From positions 45,260,001 to 45,324,000 of the forward strand of contig CM022665.1 of assembly GCA_012295275.1 (NCBI GenBank): a stretch of DNA of 64,000 nucleotides, given 5' to 3'. Below, piece after piece: positions 26,566 to 39,981 of this stretch; position 1 is the stretch's first letter; the number at the start of each line of letters is the position of its first letter. The notes beneath the pieces were generated by a model, which was not told the origin of the DNA, ran no database searches, and saw only the letters and a program-made list of their open reading frames with translations. A program made the translations under genes and the position numbers. This DNA comes from Chrysomallon squamiferum (lineage: Eukaryota > Animalia > Mollusca).

Positions 26566-28134
26566 TCATTGACATATAGGCTTGACGATGAAGGTTTCGC
26601 CCAGAGACCGAATGAAGTGGTAGTCGTTGGCGTTGCAGTACGGACATATAATCATCTGACTGTACTGGCTGAAGAAGGTCAGGCCCGAGGTGACGTCGAC
26701 GACGGCCCGCCTGCAGTACTTGCACGTCAGCCGCTTCTGGCAGCACGGCATCGCCGCGAAGATGTCGTACGTGTACATGGTGCCGAGGACGAACGAGCTG
26801 CCGTCCCACTTCTGCTTACAGGCGCAGCACTTTATGTCCGTTCGTCCCTCCAGGCAGCCGACGCAGACCGAGTTGAGAAACTGGATCCGTCCTTCCCAGA
26901 TGACCTGCACCACGCACTCGTCGTAAGCCCGGGGGGACAGGAAAAACGTCCCGTCGATCAGCGGGTAGTGGTCGAACACCGGCAGGTGACACTTGCATAT
27001 GACGCACTTCAGTGACGTCATCTTGTACGAGCTTAGCGTCGACAGGACGAACGACCTCGTGTCGTCGTTGCCGTGCGGGCCCTCGTCCTCCATTTTGATG
27101 TTGTACGGGTTCTGTTTGAAGCGAGGTAGAATGTCGAAGGCGGAATAGTCCATCCTGCGCTTGAAAATGTTCCCTCCGATGGGAGACGTGTCGGCGAGGA
27201 ACTCCAGCTTCTTGACCTGTTTGAAAAAGCAGTTTCCATTCACCGGCGAGGCTGACAGAGGAGAACCGGATGTCGCGGAGTTCGGAGGACTGCTTCCGGT
27301 ACTGCTGTGGCTGCTGGAACTGCCCGTTCTCTGACGCTGCGGGTTGCCGTTGTTGTGGGTCGACAGCGCCAACGTGACGTTGTGTTCCGTCGTGTTTCCA
27401 TTGTCGTCGTGGTTGCCGTTGTCATCTCTGGCGGTCGCGTTATTCAGTGGCAATGAGGTGCTTTTCCCAACGTCGGAGCTGCTTTTGATGATCATGTTGG
27501 CATTGCCGTTGATAAGATTGTTGTTGATGTAGTTGTAGTTTGACGTGCCCGTGTTGTGTTGTGTCGTCGACAGCACGTGGCTAGCAGAATTTGGCGTTTT
27601 CTGCGAGGTGCTCATGACCGGCATTGGTTTGTCGTTCTTCTTCTTGTGCTTTTTGGGCTTCTTCGGATCCTCGACTTTCGGCTGCATTTTGGGGATGTAA
27701 TCCAGATCTTTTCGCAGGTGTCCTTTCCCACATTTGCAGTCGCACGCTTTGAACGCCAAGTCGTAGCCCTTCTTCGTCCACAGGTTCTGAAGCCTCTGTT
27801 TTTCGCTCCAGCTTCTAGCACGGCCGCAAGAACGGAGGTACGCCAAAACGGACAGCTCCCATTCTTCGAAGCAGTCCTTGTGCATCCATTTACCCACGTC
27901 ACAGTTTTCGTTATTACAGAAAACTTTTACTGCGTCGTACGGGTCGTTCCCGTCAATCGCCTCGTCGGTGTTTTTGCACCCAGTAGGAATACAACATTGG
28001 TGAAACTGCTGGCCTCCGTTTGCTTCAGCTGCACGCGGCGCGTGGTTGTTCTCACCGACGTTACAGTTGCGATTGTTTACGACCGTGTTATCCACGTCCT
28101 TACCTCTGTTCTTGTGGTGTTTGTGGTTAGGCAT
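26566..28134 (-). CDS. HECA: Headcase protein homolog, single coding exon, 522 aa
   Basis: Long GC-rich ORF. N-terminal Headcase motif (CNNENC..MHKDCFEEWE..GRARSWSEKQRLQNLWTKKGYDLAFKACDCKCGKGHLRKDLDY) and C-terminal Cys-rich domain (MEDEGPHGNDDTR..YPLIDGTFFLSP..WDGSSFVLGTMYTYDIFAAMPCC..CPYCNANDYHF). Confidence 0.97.
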   Translation of the reverse strand: MPNHKHHKNRGKDVDNTVVNNRNCNVGENNHAPRAAEANGGQQFHQCCIPTGCKNTDEAIDGNDPYDAVKVFCNNENCDVGKWMHKDCFEEWELSVLAYLRSCGRARSWSEKQRLQNLWTKKGYDLAFKACDCKCGKGHLRKDLDYIPKMQPKVEDPKKPKKHKKKNDKPMPVMSTSQKTPNSASHVLSTTQHNTGTSNYNYINNNLINGNANMIIKSSSDVGKSTSLPLNNATARDDNGNHDDNGNTTEHNVTLALSTHNNGNPQRQRTGSSSSHSSTGSSPPNSATSGSPLSASPVNGNCFFKQVKKLEFLADTSPIGGNIFKRRMDYSAFDILPRFKQNPYNIKMEDEGPHGNDDTRSFVLSTLSSYKMTSLKCVICKCHLPVFDHYPLIDGTFFLSPRAYDECVVQVIWEGRIQFLNSVCVGCLEGRTDIKCCACKQKWDGSSFVLGTMYTYDIFAAMPCCQKRLTCKYCRRAVVDVTSGLTFFSQYSQMIICPYCNANDYHFIRSLGETFIVKPICQ

Positions 28135-28316
28135 ATTCCAGTCTATGCTGTTAACACAAATATCGCTTCGTTTTCAACTGTCAGTAAAATGCTTGCATCA
28201 AAAACGTACAAAGAAATTCACTCAAAGCAGCCGGTACTTTAACCTAACGCTGCAGTATGTTATGATTTTTTGGAAGGCGTGTTAAACACAATAAAGCTTA
28301 GGTCTGTTGGCTCCTT

Positions 28317-28366
28317 CGATTGGTTAATAATTACGTAGATATTTCTCTCGACTGTTCCGATTGGTT
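28317..28366 (-). promoter_or_regulatory. Tandem CCAAT (NF-Y) boxes, likely headcase proximal promoter
   Basis: Two identical AACCAATCG sites on the minus strand (CGATTGGTT at 28317 and 28358), 41 bp apart, about 190-230 bp upstream of the ATG. Confidence 0.6.
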
Positions 28367-28899
28367 GTATTGAGAAACATGTAACCTTGACCCTGCTTGT
28401 CACTGATATGTTAATGAGTGTGGCTGTTTACATCGTAGAAAAAATAGGTCGAGGTCAGGATAATCTTGATCGCTACGAGTGTTTCTCGGTATTGACGATT
28501 TTTAGTGTTGTTTTGCCTGGACTGTTTCCATTTAATTGTGCTGATCAAAATATCCAGTGGCAGCTATTTTTATTTATTTATTTATTTATATATTTTTGTC
28601 TTTATAACCTGAGCTAGCTATATCGGAGTAGTGGTTTAAGTGAGTTATTTATAATTTCTGGAAGAACAATTTTTTTTCTCTCTCTCTCTATCTTTTCAGC
28701 CGAACGCCACAAGTAAACAAGAGACAATTGTTGTATTTATATCGCCATCTCACTTGGTGTCCTTTGGGAAATCGCTGCAGGGACAAAAATTAGATCATGC
28801 GTTTTTGATTACGTGCTTACATACACATAGCTGATAAATATATTTAATTCATTTTATATTTCATAAAATAAAATTACCATTTAGTAAAGTGATATTAAA

Positions 28900-28957
<58 letters not shown>

Positions 28958-29060
28958 TAATAATAATAAATAAATCAAAGAAAAAATCTTTTAATCGTCT
29001 TTTACGTACACTGATTGGAAAATTATAATAACTAGAGCAATGGTTAAAATTTGCCCCCCC

Positions 29061-29105
<45 letters not shown>

Positions 29106-29177
29106 AGGGAAATAGAAAGGAATTCAAAAAAAAAAAAAGAACCAACCAATAATTACAAAATATTTATTTGTAAGTAA

Positions 29178-29229
<52 letters not shown>

Positions 29230-29269
29230 GTGCAATTATGTTGAACAAAAATCATAATAACAAAAACAA

Positions 29270-29316
<47 letters not shown>

Positions 29317-30696
29317 ATAAATAAAACTTAGAAAAACAGGTGTGTAAAAATGGAAGAAAAAAAGTTTTTCTTACCTCCACCAGTCCCAAAATAAACATTA
29401 ATACACAAACAATTATATTTAAAAATTAAATGGAAAATGTACTGATACATAAATTGGATTAATAAATATCAAATATAAATTGGGAGAGGTCGAAAAATTA
29501 AAATGAAAACTTTATTATGACGTAAGCATAAGTTGACTGGATCCCAACAGTTTGGTTATTGATAAAGAATACAAATACAAATTGTGTAACAGTTTGGTGA
29601 TAACAGTCGAGTGGATTAGAACAAAACATGACCTTGACCCCGAGCAGACGTACTATTCGGTTTCGTCTGGTCATGTCTAGCAACTTTCTTCAAATATTCC
29701 TAGAAGAAATTTGTGCTAAAGTTAAAATACACATTTAAACATTATGTAATATTCATAACTTCTACGCACCCAGGAGGAAATTATTAAAGTAATAACAATT
29801 AATAATAACAACAGCAGCAACACTATTAAAAAAAAAAAAAAAAAAAAAAATTGAAATAAAAAAGAGCAATTTCACGTTTTCTGAATACATATGAATTCGT
29901 TTTAATGATGTTTTTTTTTTTCTTTCGCATTAGTACTTATGGGATTCTGCTCATCCATGATCTATGAATGCATGAAAAATCGCTCGCAAATAATTATATT
30001 CCACATAGAGAGATCATGTATACCGTTTGCGTATAAATATTATAAAACATGCATATGCAACATCATTTGTATTTAATAATTCACACATTCGTGACATTAT
30101 TTCTCTAAATAGTATATGCACGGATGAATAGAAACGGATATAAATATTTTAAATAAAATATTCATGGATTAATCGAAACCGGATGCACTTTTTTTTTCTT
30201 TTTTTTTTTTTTTTTTTTAAATTCACATAGTCAATAATTAACAGAAAGATTTGCTATTAGTTCGATAATTAACTTACTTACGGATTAGCAGGCTTATAAC
30301 AAACAGCATAGAAAAAACTTGCAAAACCGATCAACTTTATTAATGTTCCAAAAACAGATCCATGTCAAATTGCAAAAGGAATTTTGTTTACGTGTTCTTT
30401 CTTTCGGAATGTATTACGTGTGGCTATGTTTATACATTGTATGTTGTGTACTCTAAATATAAACATGTTTACGTGTTATATTGCCAACAGGCTTTAACTT
30501 GATTAAAATCAGGAATCAGTCAGCGATATTGTTTTCACAAGAACTCGGGTGTTACAGGGATGGAATGGAACCGATGGATTCCATATCGTCAGATTTTTGT
30601 ACAGATATGTTTAAGTCTTCGTTTAAAAATTTATCTATTTCTTTCTTTTTATTGTTTGATTTTTTTTTTTATTTATTAATTATTATTATTATTATC

Positions 30697-30740
<44 letters not shown>

Positions 30741-30747
<7 letters not shown>

Positions 30748-30867
30748 AAATGTGCTATTGAAATAATATATAGTTTTTATATTTCTATTAAATGCTCTTC
30801 CTGTTAACAATTTTTATTTTTTTTAGATTTTATATTGCGTACTGATTATTTATTTATTTATTTATTA

Positions 30868-30924
<57 letters not shown>

Positions 30925-31050
30925 AAATGTGCTATTGAAATCATATTTTTTTTTTATATTTCTATTAAATGCTCTTCATATTAACAATTTTTTTTTTTTT
31001 TTTTTTAGATTTTATATTGCATACTGATTATTTATTTATTTATTTATGTT
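30741..31050. repeat. Local tandem duplication (about 177-bp period) separated by (ATT)n
   Basis: TATAAAATGTGCTATTGAAAT...TTTCTATTAAATGCTCTTC...TAGATTTTATATTGC.TACTGATTATTT is present twice. Confidence 0.88.
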
Positions 31051-31060
31051 ATTGTTCTTC

Positions 31061-31114
<54 letters not shown>

Positions 31115-33329
31115 GAAAACAAATGGAAAATTACATCTTGTTAGAGAAGGGATAACTTTAAAATGAATGACCGAAAACAGGAAAGAAAGAAAGAAAGAAA
31201 AAAGAATACATGTAATATGTATATCGAGTCAACAACACTCATTGGATCCTCTCCTGTCTAATCTGCAGTTTTCGTTTCCATATTCATGTACGTCTAATTT
31301 TACCCGATTGTTTTAATCGGGAAAAAATCAGACGTGCATGAATATGTCTATTTTTAGAACCGAGACACTACGGCATCGGAGATACAGTACATGATTCATT
31401 TAATATTTGCTTTATTTTAAACAAGGTCAGCCTTTAATCGACCGGCATTTCTTGTTGATGTGATTCGACTGGTTTCCATTCACATCTGGTTGAGTCACGT
31501 GACCTCTGGGGCATGAAAATGGCACGCGCGAGGTCGTGGGACGGTCAAGATTTCATAAATTTTATTCGCTGCTGCAAAATTGGTAAATTGTACGAAAACA
31601 TCCCGAGGAAATTGTAGTTTTTTTTTTTTTTTTTTTTTTTAAATCTATATTAGTTGCCCATCAAAAATGTGAAAAAAGATTATAGGGATTATTTTAACTT
31701 ATATTTTTTCTTTTACAAACTTGATAAACAGGATTTGATTTTAAAAATCAATTAGAAATACTACTACTACTACTAATAATAATAAAATAAATTTAAAAAA
31801 AAACGACAATAAAAAAAAAATAATAATAATAATTAAAAAAAAAAAAAAAAAATATATAAAATAAAATAAAATAAAATAAATTAAATATATATATATTTAT
31901 ATATAAAAAAAAAAAAAAAAAAAAAAGAAAAGAAAAAATTAAAGAAAACAAATACCCAAACGGGACTATTTCCAGTTTTGTTAATGGAGAACTTTTACGT
32001 TTCCGATTTCCGGCAGCAAAAAAAAAAAAAAAAAAATCGAAGAGATTTAAAGGTAATTTATTTTAAAAACCAAATTAATAACAAATATTAACGATAAATT
32101 CATTTTAAAATGTTAAAAGTATGCATATTAATCATCCACCTTTGAAGTACAAAATAACACATCTTAAAAATGATGACGATCGTCAACTTATTTTATTCAA
32201 CTTATTATTTATATTTTACTTTTTATTTTACTTACTTAAAGCCTCAACCTCACTAAGCAAAGTGATAAATGGATCTGAAAATATTTACAGCTGTTATAAA
32301 CTATTCTGAGAACACAGAAAGGCTTTGTGTATGTATAAAAGTATGTATGTTTGTATGTATGTATATATGTATGCTTATGTGCCTGAATATATGTATACGT
32401 GGATGTATGCATTGATGACTATATATGTACGCATGCCTGGATGTATGTAAATGTGAATGCATGTTTGTATGCATGTATGTTTGTTTATATTCCCGTATGG
32501 ATGTATGTGTATAGATATATGTTTATGTCAATGTGTATTTGTTTACTTAAATATATATATTTCTGTTGTGGTAAGTATTTACATGCATATATGTATTTAC
32601 GCACGTACATTAAGTACAGTTATAAACAATCAGAAGCGTGTGCATTATTTCTGTACGTACACTTAACTGAACTGTGCGTGCGTGCACACGTGAACGTTCT
32701 GGCGTTTTAATTACTCTTACAGCATTTTCTAAACGTATTGTGTACCATTTCACCTCTCCCCTGTTTTTCTAAAATGTCATCCTGTCTCATGAAGTTTATA
32801 AATAATCAGGTTAACAATGGACACCGCGGTCGTCTGCTTTCTATAACCAGTGTCTGCTGGTCTAAGTTCCCGCACGGGAACGATAAACAGCTCAAGGTCA
32901 AGGTCGTAATTGTTTGACTCCGTTCTATGTAAAATGATATCCAGTATAGTTTTTGGCTGTTCTCTTGGAAAACAAACAAGTTTAGGTGAGAGAAAAGAAG
33001 ACAAAAGACGAAAAATATATACCTACTTCAGTTATAATTTTTAATATATTCTTTTAAAAGACGCATTTATTTTTTTTTTATTTTTTTTTTTTTTTTTTTT
33101 GGTTAAATAAAATATTACGTCTGCTTTCTATTTTTTAATATCTTATTTTTTCTGTTGGATCTCGCACGTCATTTTGTCTGCTTTAGTTCCATACTGGTTC
33201 CATCCCAAAACATCCTATGTCAGTTTGAAGAAAATACTTTTGATGACATCATCAAAATGAAAAAAACATTCAATGAACGACGTCTCGATAAATTTTAATA
33301 TTAAGCCTGTAATATCAAACATGTTCTAA

Positions 33330-33370
<41 letters not shown>

Positions 33371-34023
33371 GATGTTAATAATATCTTGGATAACAACCAA
33401 CTACAACCACTTCACACGCGTTTCTTTTTGAACAGCAACAACGTGTAAGTTAAATATAGCTTCGCTTAGAAACGTATACTACTTATGCTCTTAATTCATC
33501 ATTTTTAAAACACTGTTAGAACGGGAAATAGCCCCGAGGGAAGATACAGACGAAGGGATCCTATATCTTATCGTGCCTGTCGTATAACAGTTTTAACCAG
33601 TCAGTTAACCTCTTTTTTTTTTTCTCTTCTGTTTTTATAAACAAAGTTCCGGTCTAAGTTTTCGTGCATGACCTCTTAACACCTGCCCCGTGCATAAATT
33701 AAGGTCATTTACAAACTTTAATTATCCATGTATCAGTACAGAGTATTTGATTACATTCTTAGCCTGTTCGTGGTTTATAGAGGAGGCACTTCTAGTTATT
33801 ACGTGCAAAAGAGAATGAGAAAGAAAATGTAAAGCAAAGGAAAAACATGAATATGTAAAAAAAAAAAAAAAAAAAAAAATATAATTATTACTATTATTAT
33901 TATTATTATTTAAAACATTGAAATTATTTAATAATTAAAAAAATAATAATTAAAAAAAATTATTATCACTGGCGTTCCTTTATTTTTTCTCTTTTTCTAT
34001 TTATTTTTTCTTTTTTTGTAAAA

Positions 34024-34075
<52 letters not shown>

Positions 34076-34441
34076 GAAAGAAAGAAAGAAAAAAAGATAG
34101 ATAGATAGAAAAAAGGAAGGAAAGAAAGAAAAAATACGAAACTATCACTATTTTGCAAAGTGCTGTGTCGCGCGCGCGTGTAAGCCATCTTGTAGCAAAT
34201 ACAACCGTTAGCAGCACGACATAGGTCAAACGTGTTTATTTAAAATGTTAAATAAATATTATTTTAACTCTTCTTGTTACCAAACTAAAAGGTTTGTTAT
34301 TGTTTCTCTACTTACTTTTGGGCACAAATTGTGGCAGGAAAACAAATAAAGTCCGCAGTTTCGTAGTTTGAGAAAATAACCGTTTTATGAGGTTCACAAA
34401 ACACAAATTTGTAACTCGACATTCCTAACATAAATATTTCC

Positions 34442-34473
<32 letters not shown>

Positions 34474-36780
34474 AAAGTTATAAAAATAAATTAGTTCATG
34501 TAATGGGGGGAGTGGAATCAGGATACGTATAAAAGTGAAAGTTTAACGGGGGGGGGGGAAAGATGTAAAACGGTAATATGCATTTCAGCATAAAATTGGC
34601 CTCGCTTAGAATTACCTTAACATTTTTTTTGTTTTGTCTGACAAATAAAACCTGCGCGCAGAACTCATATGTGCATCCGTAAACTCAGTAAATACATACA
34701 GATAAATTATATTTTCTAAACGTAAAATATGAAAAATGAATAAAATGTATAATATAACAGTTAAAGCTTTACAAAACATTCAACAAAAATTATCATATAA
34801 AAGATCAATTTTTCAAACTAATGCTTCAAGTAATATTAATAACAGAATTAATAATAACAGTAATAAGCTGTAGTAGAAGCTGTAGTAGTAGTAGTAGTAG
34901 TAGTAGTAGTAATAAAACAGTACTGGCAACAGGAGTAATATAATTAACAGCAGTTCACAGCAGCATAGATTTACCAGAAGTGGTATGGTAATATCAGTAG
35001 TAGCAGTAACACTGGTATTTGTAATAGTAACAGAAGACGTAGTAGCTGTAGAAGTAGCAATAACAGTAGTTGCTGCAACAGAAGTGGCAATATTAGTAAC
35101 TGCAGCAGAAGCAGCAACAGTAGTGATAGTACAGCAGTAGCAATAGTAATAGTAAAAAGAAGAAGAACAACAACTCTTATTAACTTTCAATATTTACTTA
35201 ACAGGTGGCTCAAACTTCAGTAAGGCGCGTTACTCTTTTTTTATGTCAGTCAAAAATAATAATATTATTTTTTATGAGCAACACCTTCTTTGTAAATGAC
35301 GGACATAGAAGGGCAATGAGAAAAAGTCTGCGCTCTTTAGCTGTTGAGTGTATAATTGTTTTGTAACCTACAATGAAAATACTGTGTTATATGCAAACGC
35401 GTTATGTGTAAACATCCCATTTGGCGTCGTTTGTGATTGAACAGCCCCGGACGTTCCCCTTAATCTTGATAACGGTGAAGATTTTTCTTTGTTATTCCGA
35501 TTTTGGTATTTTTGTTATTGTTATGGTGGCTGTTTGTTGTTGTTGTTGGAGTGTTGTTTGTTATTATTTTAAAGCTTGGGTGGGTGGGTGGGTTAGTTGT
35601 TATTTTGGTGATTTTTTTTGTTTGTTGTTTTATTTTAGTGCTTTTTGTTGTTATTTTGATGGGTATTTTAACCGTTACTGAAGTGAGATGTGCTTTTTTA
35701 TTATTATTATTATTTTTATTATTGAGGTGGGGTGTTTTTGCTCTATAATTAATTATGCTGATATAATTATGTTAAGGTGTTTTTGTTTCTGTTAAAAGTG
35801 GGTATTAAATATCAATTAAATGGCACGATTTTGTTGTTATAGTGGAGTATATTTGTCACACACACACACATGCATAGAGGTATTGTTTTTATTGTACTTT
35901 TGTTGTCATTGTGCAACGTTTGTTGTTTGAATAGTAATTCAATAATAATTAATTGATATATATTTTTTCTATTTTTAAGATGAACGAAACGTTTTTATTT
36001 GTATTTATTAACGTTTTGTGGTGCTTACAGTTCAGATGATTGAATATATAACAAGCTTAAAAAGTGTTTTTATTTATTTTATTTTTTTTTTTTTATTTTT
36101 TTTTTCGTAATAATTTCTAAAATAAATAAAAAATGAATCGAAAAATATACAAAAACTACATGTCACCAATCAATGAAAAAAAAAAATAAAAAAAAAATAA
36201 AACCATCCACCTAAAACAAACAACAATCCAATGATGATGATAATAATAATAATACACACCAATGTTTACATATATATATTAAAAAAATGTTTTCAAACTG
36301 TCAAAAATGACAATATACTGAACATGTATTCACCGAATTAGCCAAAAACGGTAAGCTGACCCTATATAGTACGTATGAGTCAGATTCATGATTCATAGTG
36401 ATCAATATGACATACAACATGTTGCAGCGACAGTTGGTGAAACACTTTGCAGTTTTACAGTGGGGAAAAGTTAATGATTCTTACATTAAAGACGGTTTAC
36501 GTATTGTGCTGTCCAACAAGTACATGCAACCTTTCTATCAAAATCAAATCATTATTTTAATAGACCAGAAACATGGCGAACCTGCCTGTACGAATTCTTG
36601 CTTACGTAACTTCACTGACAGTCAGTCGGCCGAGTTCCAGTCTATTGTTCTTTGGTGACGTCATGTTGGTTTCGGTCTGGCAGTCCTCTGACTGTTTTGA
36701 CAACAAAAACAGCGGGAATCGACATTATTTTTAATCTCATCATTAATATTCATTAACCGAACTAAGATAAACTGGAAGAA

Positions 36781-36850
36781 GGCAAGATGTAGCTTAATGG
36801 GGAAAGCTGACGTACAAATGCGCGGCGCTGTGGGATTCAATCTTCTAGTT
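36781..36850 (+). mobile_element. Degenerate tRNA-derived SINE head
   Basis: A-box-like TAGCTTAATGG (36790) and B-box-like GGATTCAATC (36833) at tRNA-like spacing; no complete cloverleaf. Confidence 0.4.
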
Positions 36851-36964
36851 TCTGTCAGCGAATCGGTGCCGTGCGCGTGTTTGTTATCATATACTGGTAT
36901 GGTACACTGGGAACCGTGTGTATAATCATTTTCTTATTAATGGTGAGAAACAAAAGAAAAGTTA

Positions 36965-37039
<75 letters not shown>

Positions 37040-38387
37040 AATAAATAAATAATAAATTGAAATAAATAAATAAATACATATATAAAAACCAAATGACAAA
37101 AAAAAAAAAAAAAAAAAAAATAAAAAAATAAATATAAATAAAAATTAAAATAAAAAAATAAAATAAGAAAATAAAATAAAAATAAAAATATTAAATAAAA
37201 AACGTTTTCTCTGAAGAATATAATGTCTAACTCACCAAAAAAAGTGGATGATAAAAAATATACCATCTTTCGTATTGAAACATTAAAAATAAAATAATAA
37301 AATTCACGTGAAGCATCAAAATATAAATACAATAGCCACTCTACATAAAAAAAAAATAATAATAATAATAATTAATAAAAATAATTTTTAAAATTTAAAA
37401 TTTAATAAACAAATATTGTTTTGCTAAATACATAACAAAGCAATTTAAGCTTTGACCCTGGCAGTCAATATTATGTTGGCGCCAAAATTTGCCAAGCGGT
37501 TTTTTTTTTTTTTTTAACGATTACCTTTCTATCGTTAAACTAAAAGTGAAGCTCTCGAAACATCGACAAAGGACTTCCACATTTATTATTGTAGCTTAGA
37601 ACTGACCCACACACACACACAACTGACAGGCCAGGGTCGAAGTAAATCTGCCAGGATACTACTTCTATAGTAAACAAGTTGTTTTGCCGACCTGTGCTTG
37701 GATTGACTGAATCAGCCACTGCCGGAACTCGCTTCTGATTCCAACCGTCCAATGCATGCACACATGTATTCATTCACTGATACACGTGCAGGCACTTAAC
37801 TTGTTTTCTTTCATCCATTGTGCATTGATTTATTTGCTGCGGTCTTGCTAATGTCTTTCGTACATGAGCCTAAAACTCGGACCAAATAACGATTACGTAA
37901 TTATTTTTTGGAAAGGGATAAGGGTGGTCGTAAAATGTTTATTTATAAACATTAAGGTTTATATATTTAAATTTTAACAACAACAACAACAGCAACAATA
38001 ATTAATAATTACAAAAATAAATAACAAATAAAGAAAATTACGAATAAAGAAAAGACCTTCAGTGACATTTCAAACACATTAATTTAACGATAACGTGTCA
38101 TTCACGATCACAACATAAAAAAAAAGGAACACGTGACTTGCTGATTTATAACAGCAAATACTCGTTTAGAAGTACTGATCCCAAAACCTACCATGTCTTA
38201 AATGTGTTCTTTAATCATGGAAATTCAGCAAGATATTTTGCAACAACAATGACAACTAGAGTGACAAACATCAATAACGACAATAATTTTTCTTTTAAGC
38301 AGTAATAAAAACATCATATTTAACATTAGTTACAACTACTAATAACAATAATAAATAAATAAATAAAAACGTTGGCATAATAATGAT

Positions 38388-38427
<40 letters not shown>

Positions 38428-39981
38428 CAAACTTAGTATCTTTCTCTTTAGACTATATGCATTTTCTGCGTTCTTTCATGAGGATTTCGTTGGATTATTC
38501 CTCTACATGGTATTTAGAAAATATATTACAATTGTTTTTTGTTGTTTCCCCCCTCCCCATTAATATCAAGCCCATAGCCATTACAAACTGGATTAGGTAC
38601 AACAGAATAGTTTTACGTGTATTTTCCTTGTATTGTTATCGAAAAACAAAGTAATGAGCTGCTAACTGTTCTCAGGGGCCGATCAATATTTTCTAAGAGA
38701 GGGGAGACTTCATTGTTTGGATTAATATTCTAGATCTGGAGAGTTATGATATACAGTTTAATTGCACCGCGTGTGCATCACACACACACATTAACACATT
38801 CACAGTTTTCTCTTTTACAGCTAACAACAACAATAATAAACTTATAAAATGAAAGAACATTTTTTAGCAAATTTTAGTCTTAGTTATATTTCATTATTTT
38901 ATAATAATTAAAAGCTCATCAGTCAAAAAATAAAATATAAAATAAAATAAAAAATAAAAAATAAAATAACAATATACAAGGAAGTGAGAATAATAATAAA
39001 AAAAGTATTTAGTTTAAAATTATTACACTTCCGTCATTTTATTCGCCTGAGAATAAATTTAGGCAAAAATATTTTAACATTTGAAAACAGTAACGTAATA
39101 ATGAATAAATTAATTATAATCTCGCATCATCTACCCACACGTAATGTTGATAACGATGATGACGATGCCAATGATTATGGTAATAAACAAAATGAAATAA
39201 GGTCACTTCTTACATCAATCAATAAATACACTATATCTAAATTTAAATTATAAAATATTTTGCCCATGCTTATTTTATTTTCTCCAGATATCTTAAATGC
39301 AAGTTAAAAATAACTTAGAATATTCTGATAAACGACGACACAGCATTCAGACCTTCGTTTTTTTTTTTGTCGCTGAAAATAATCAGCTAAAGTTATTAAT
39401 AAAACCTAAGCTGCATTAACGTTGAAAAAAAAAAAAAAAAAACAAGAAGGCGCAGAAATGTATGGTGTTGCTAAACGTGTACCGTTCGTTAATAGCGCAT
39501 CACAGTAACCCATGAACCAGTCTATTGTGATTTACGTTGGCGTGAAGCATTTCACGACTATAATTCTGTTGTTAATGCATTAACAGTTAAATTTTAAATA
39601 TATCATTGTTACTGATTAATTTGTTTAACTAATTCAACCATTTAGAAGCATATTTAATTATTCTGTTTACGTGTTCGTAACACTATAGGTATACGCAAAT
39701 TTCGTTATCCAACCATGTTAATTTATTTGTACAATTTTAATGATTTAGAACGAATATTTTTCACATAACGTACATGATCATTTATACTTAATTTTTAAAT
39801 TATGTTTGTCTAGTTGTATGTATTTTGTGTTCACTGTCTTTGTGACTTAATATTGCTTTATATTCTTGTGAATAAAAGTTGGTATTTAATATAGTCTATT
39901 CACAATTAACTAATAAATATTCTCTCTCAGTTCAAAAAATGAATAACTGCAATAAAAAAGTGAAACTAATTTCCAGAGCAT

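Noticed and set aside
27556-28242. 228-aa plus-strand ORF and other ORFs overlapping HECA (e.g. 26569-27015)
   Set aside because: Shadow ORFs expected opposite a GC3-rich CDS; no recognisable motifs.
36780-36800. AGGCAAGATGT matches the start of miR-31
   Set aside because: Only 11 nt match, no precursor hairpin seen, and it fits a SINE A-box region better.
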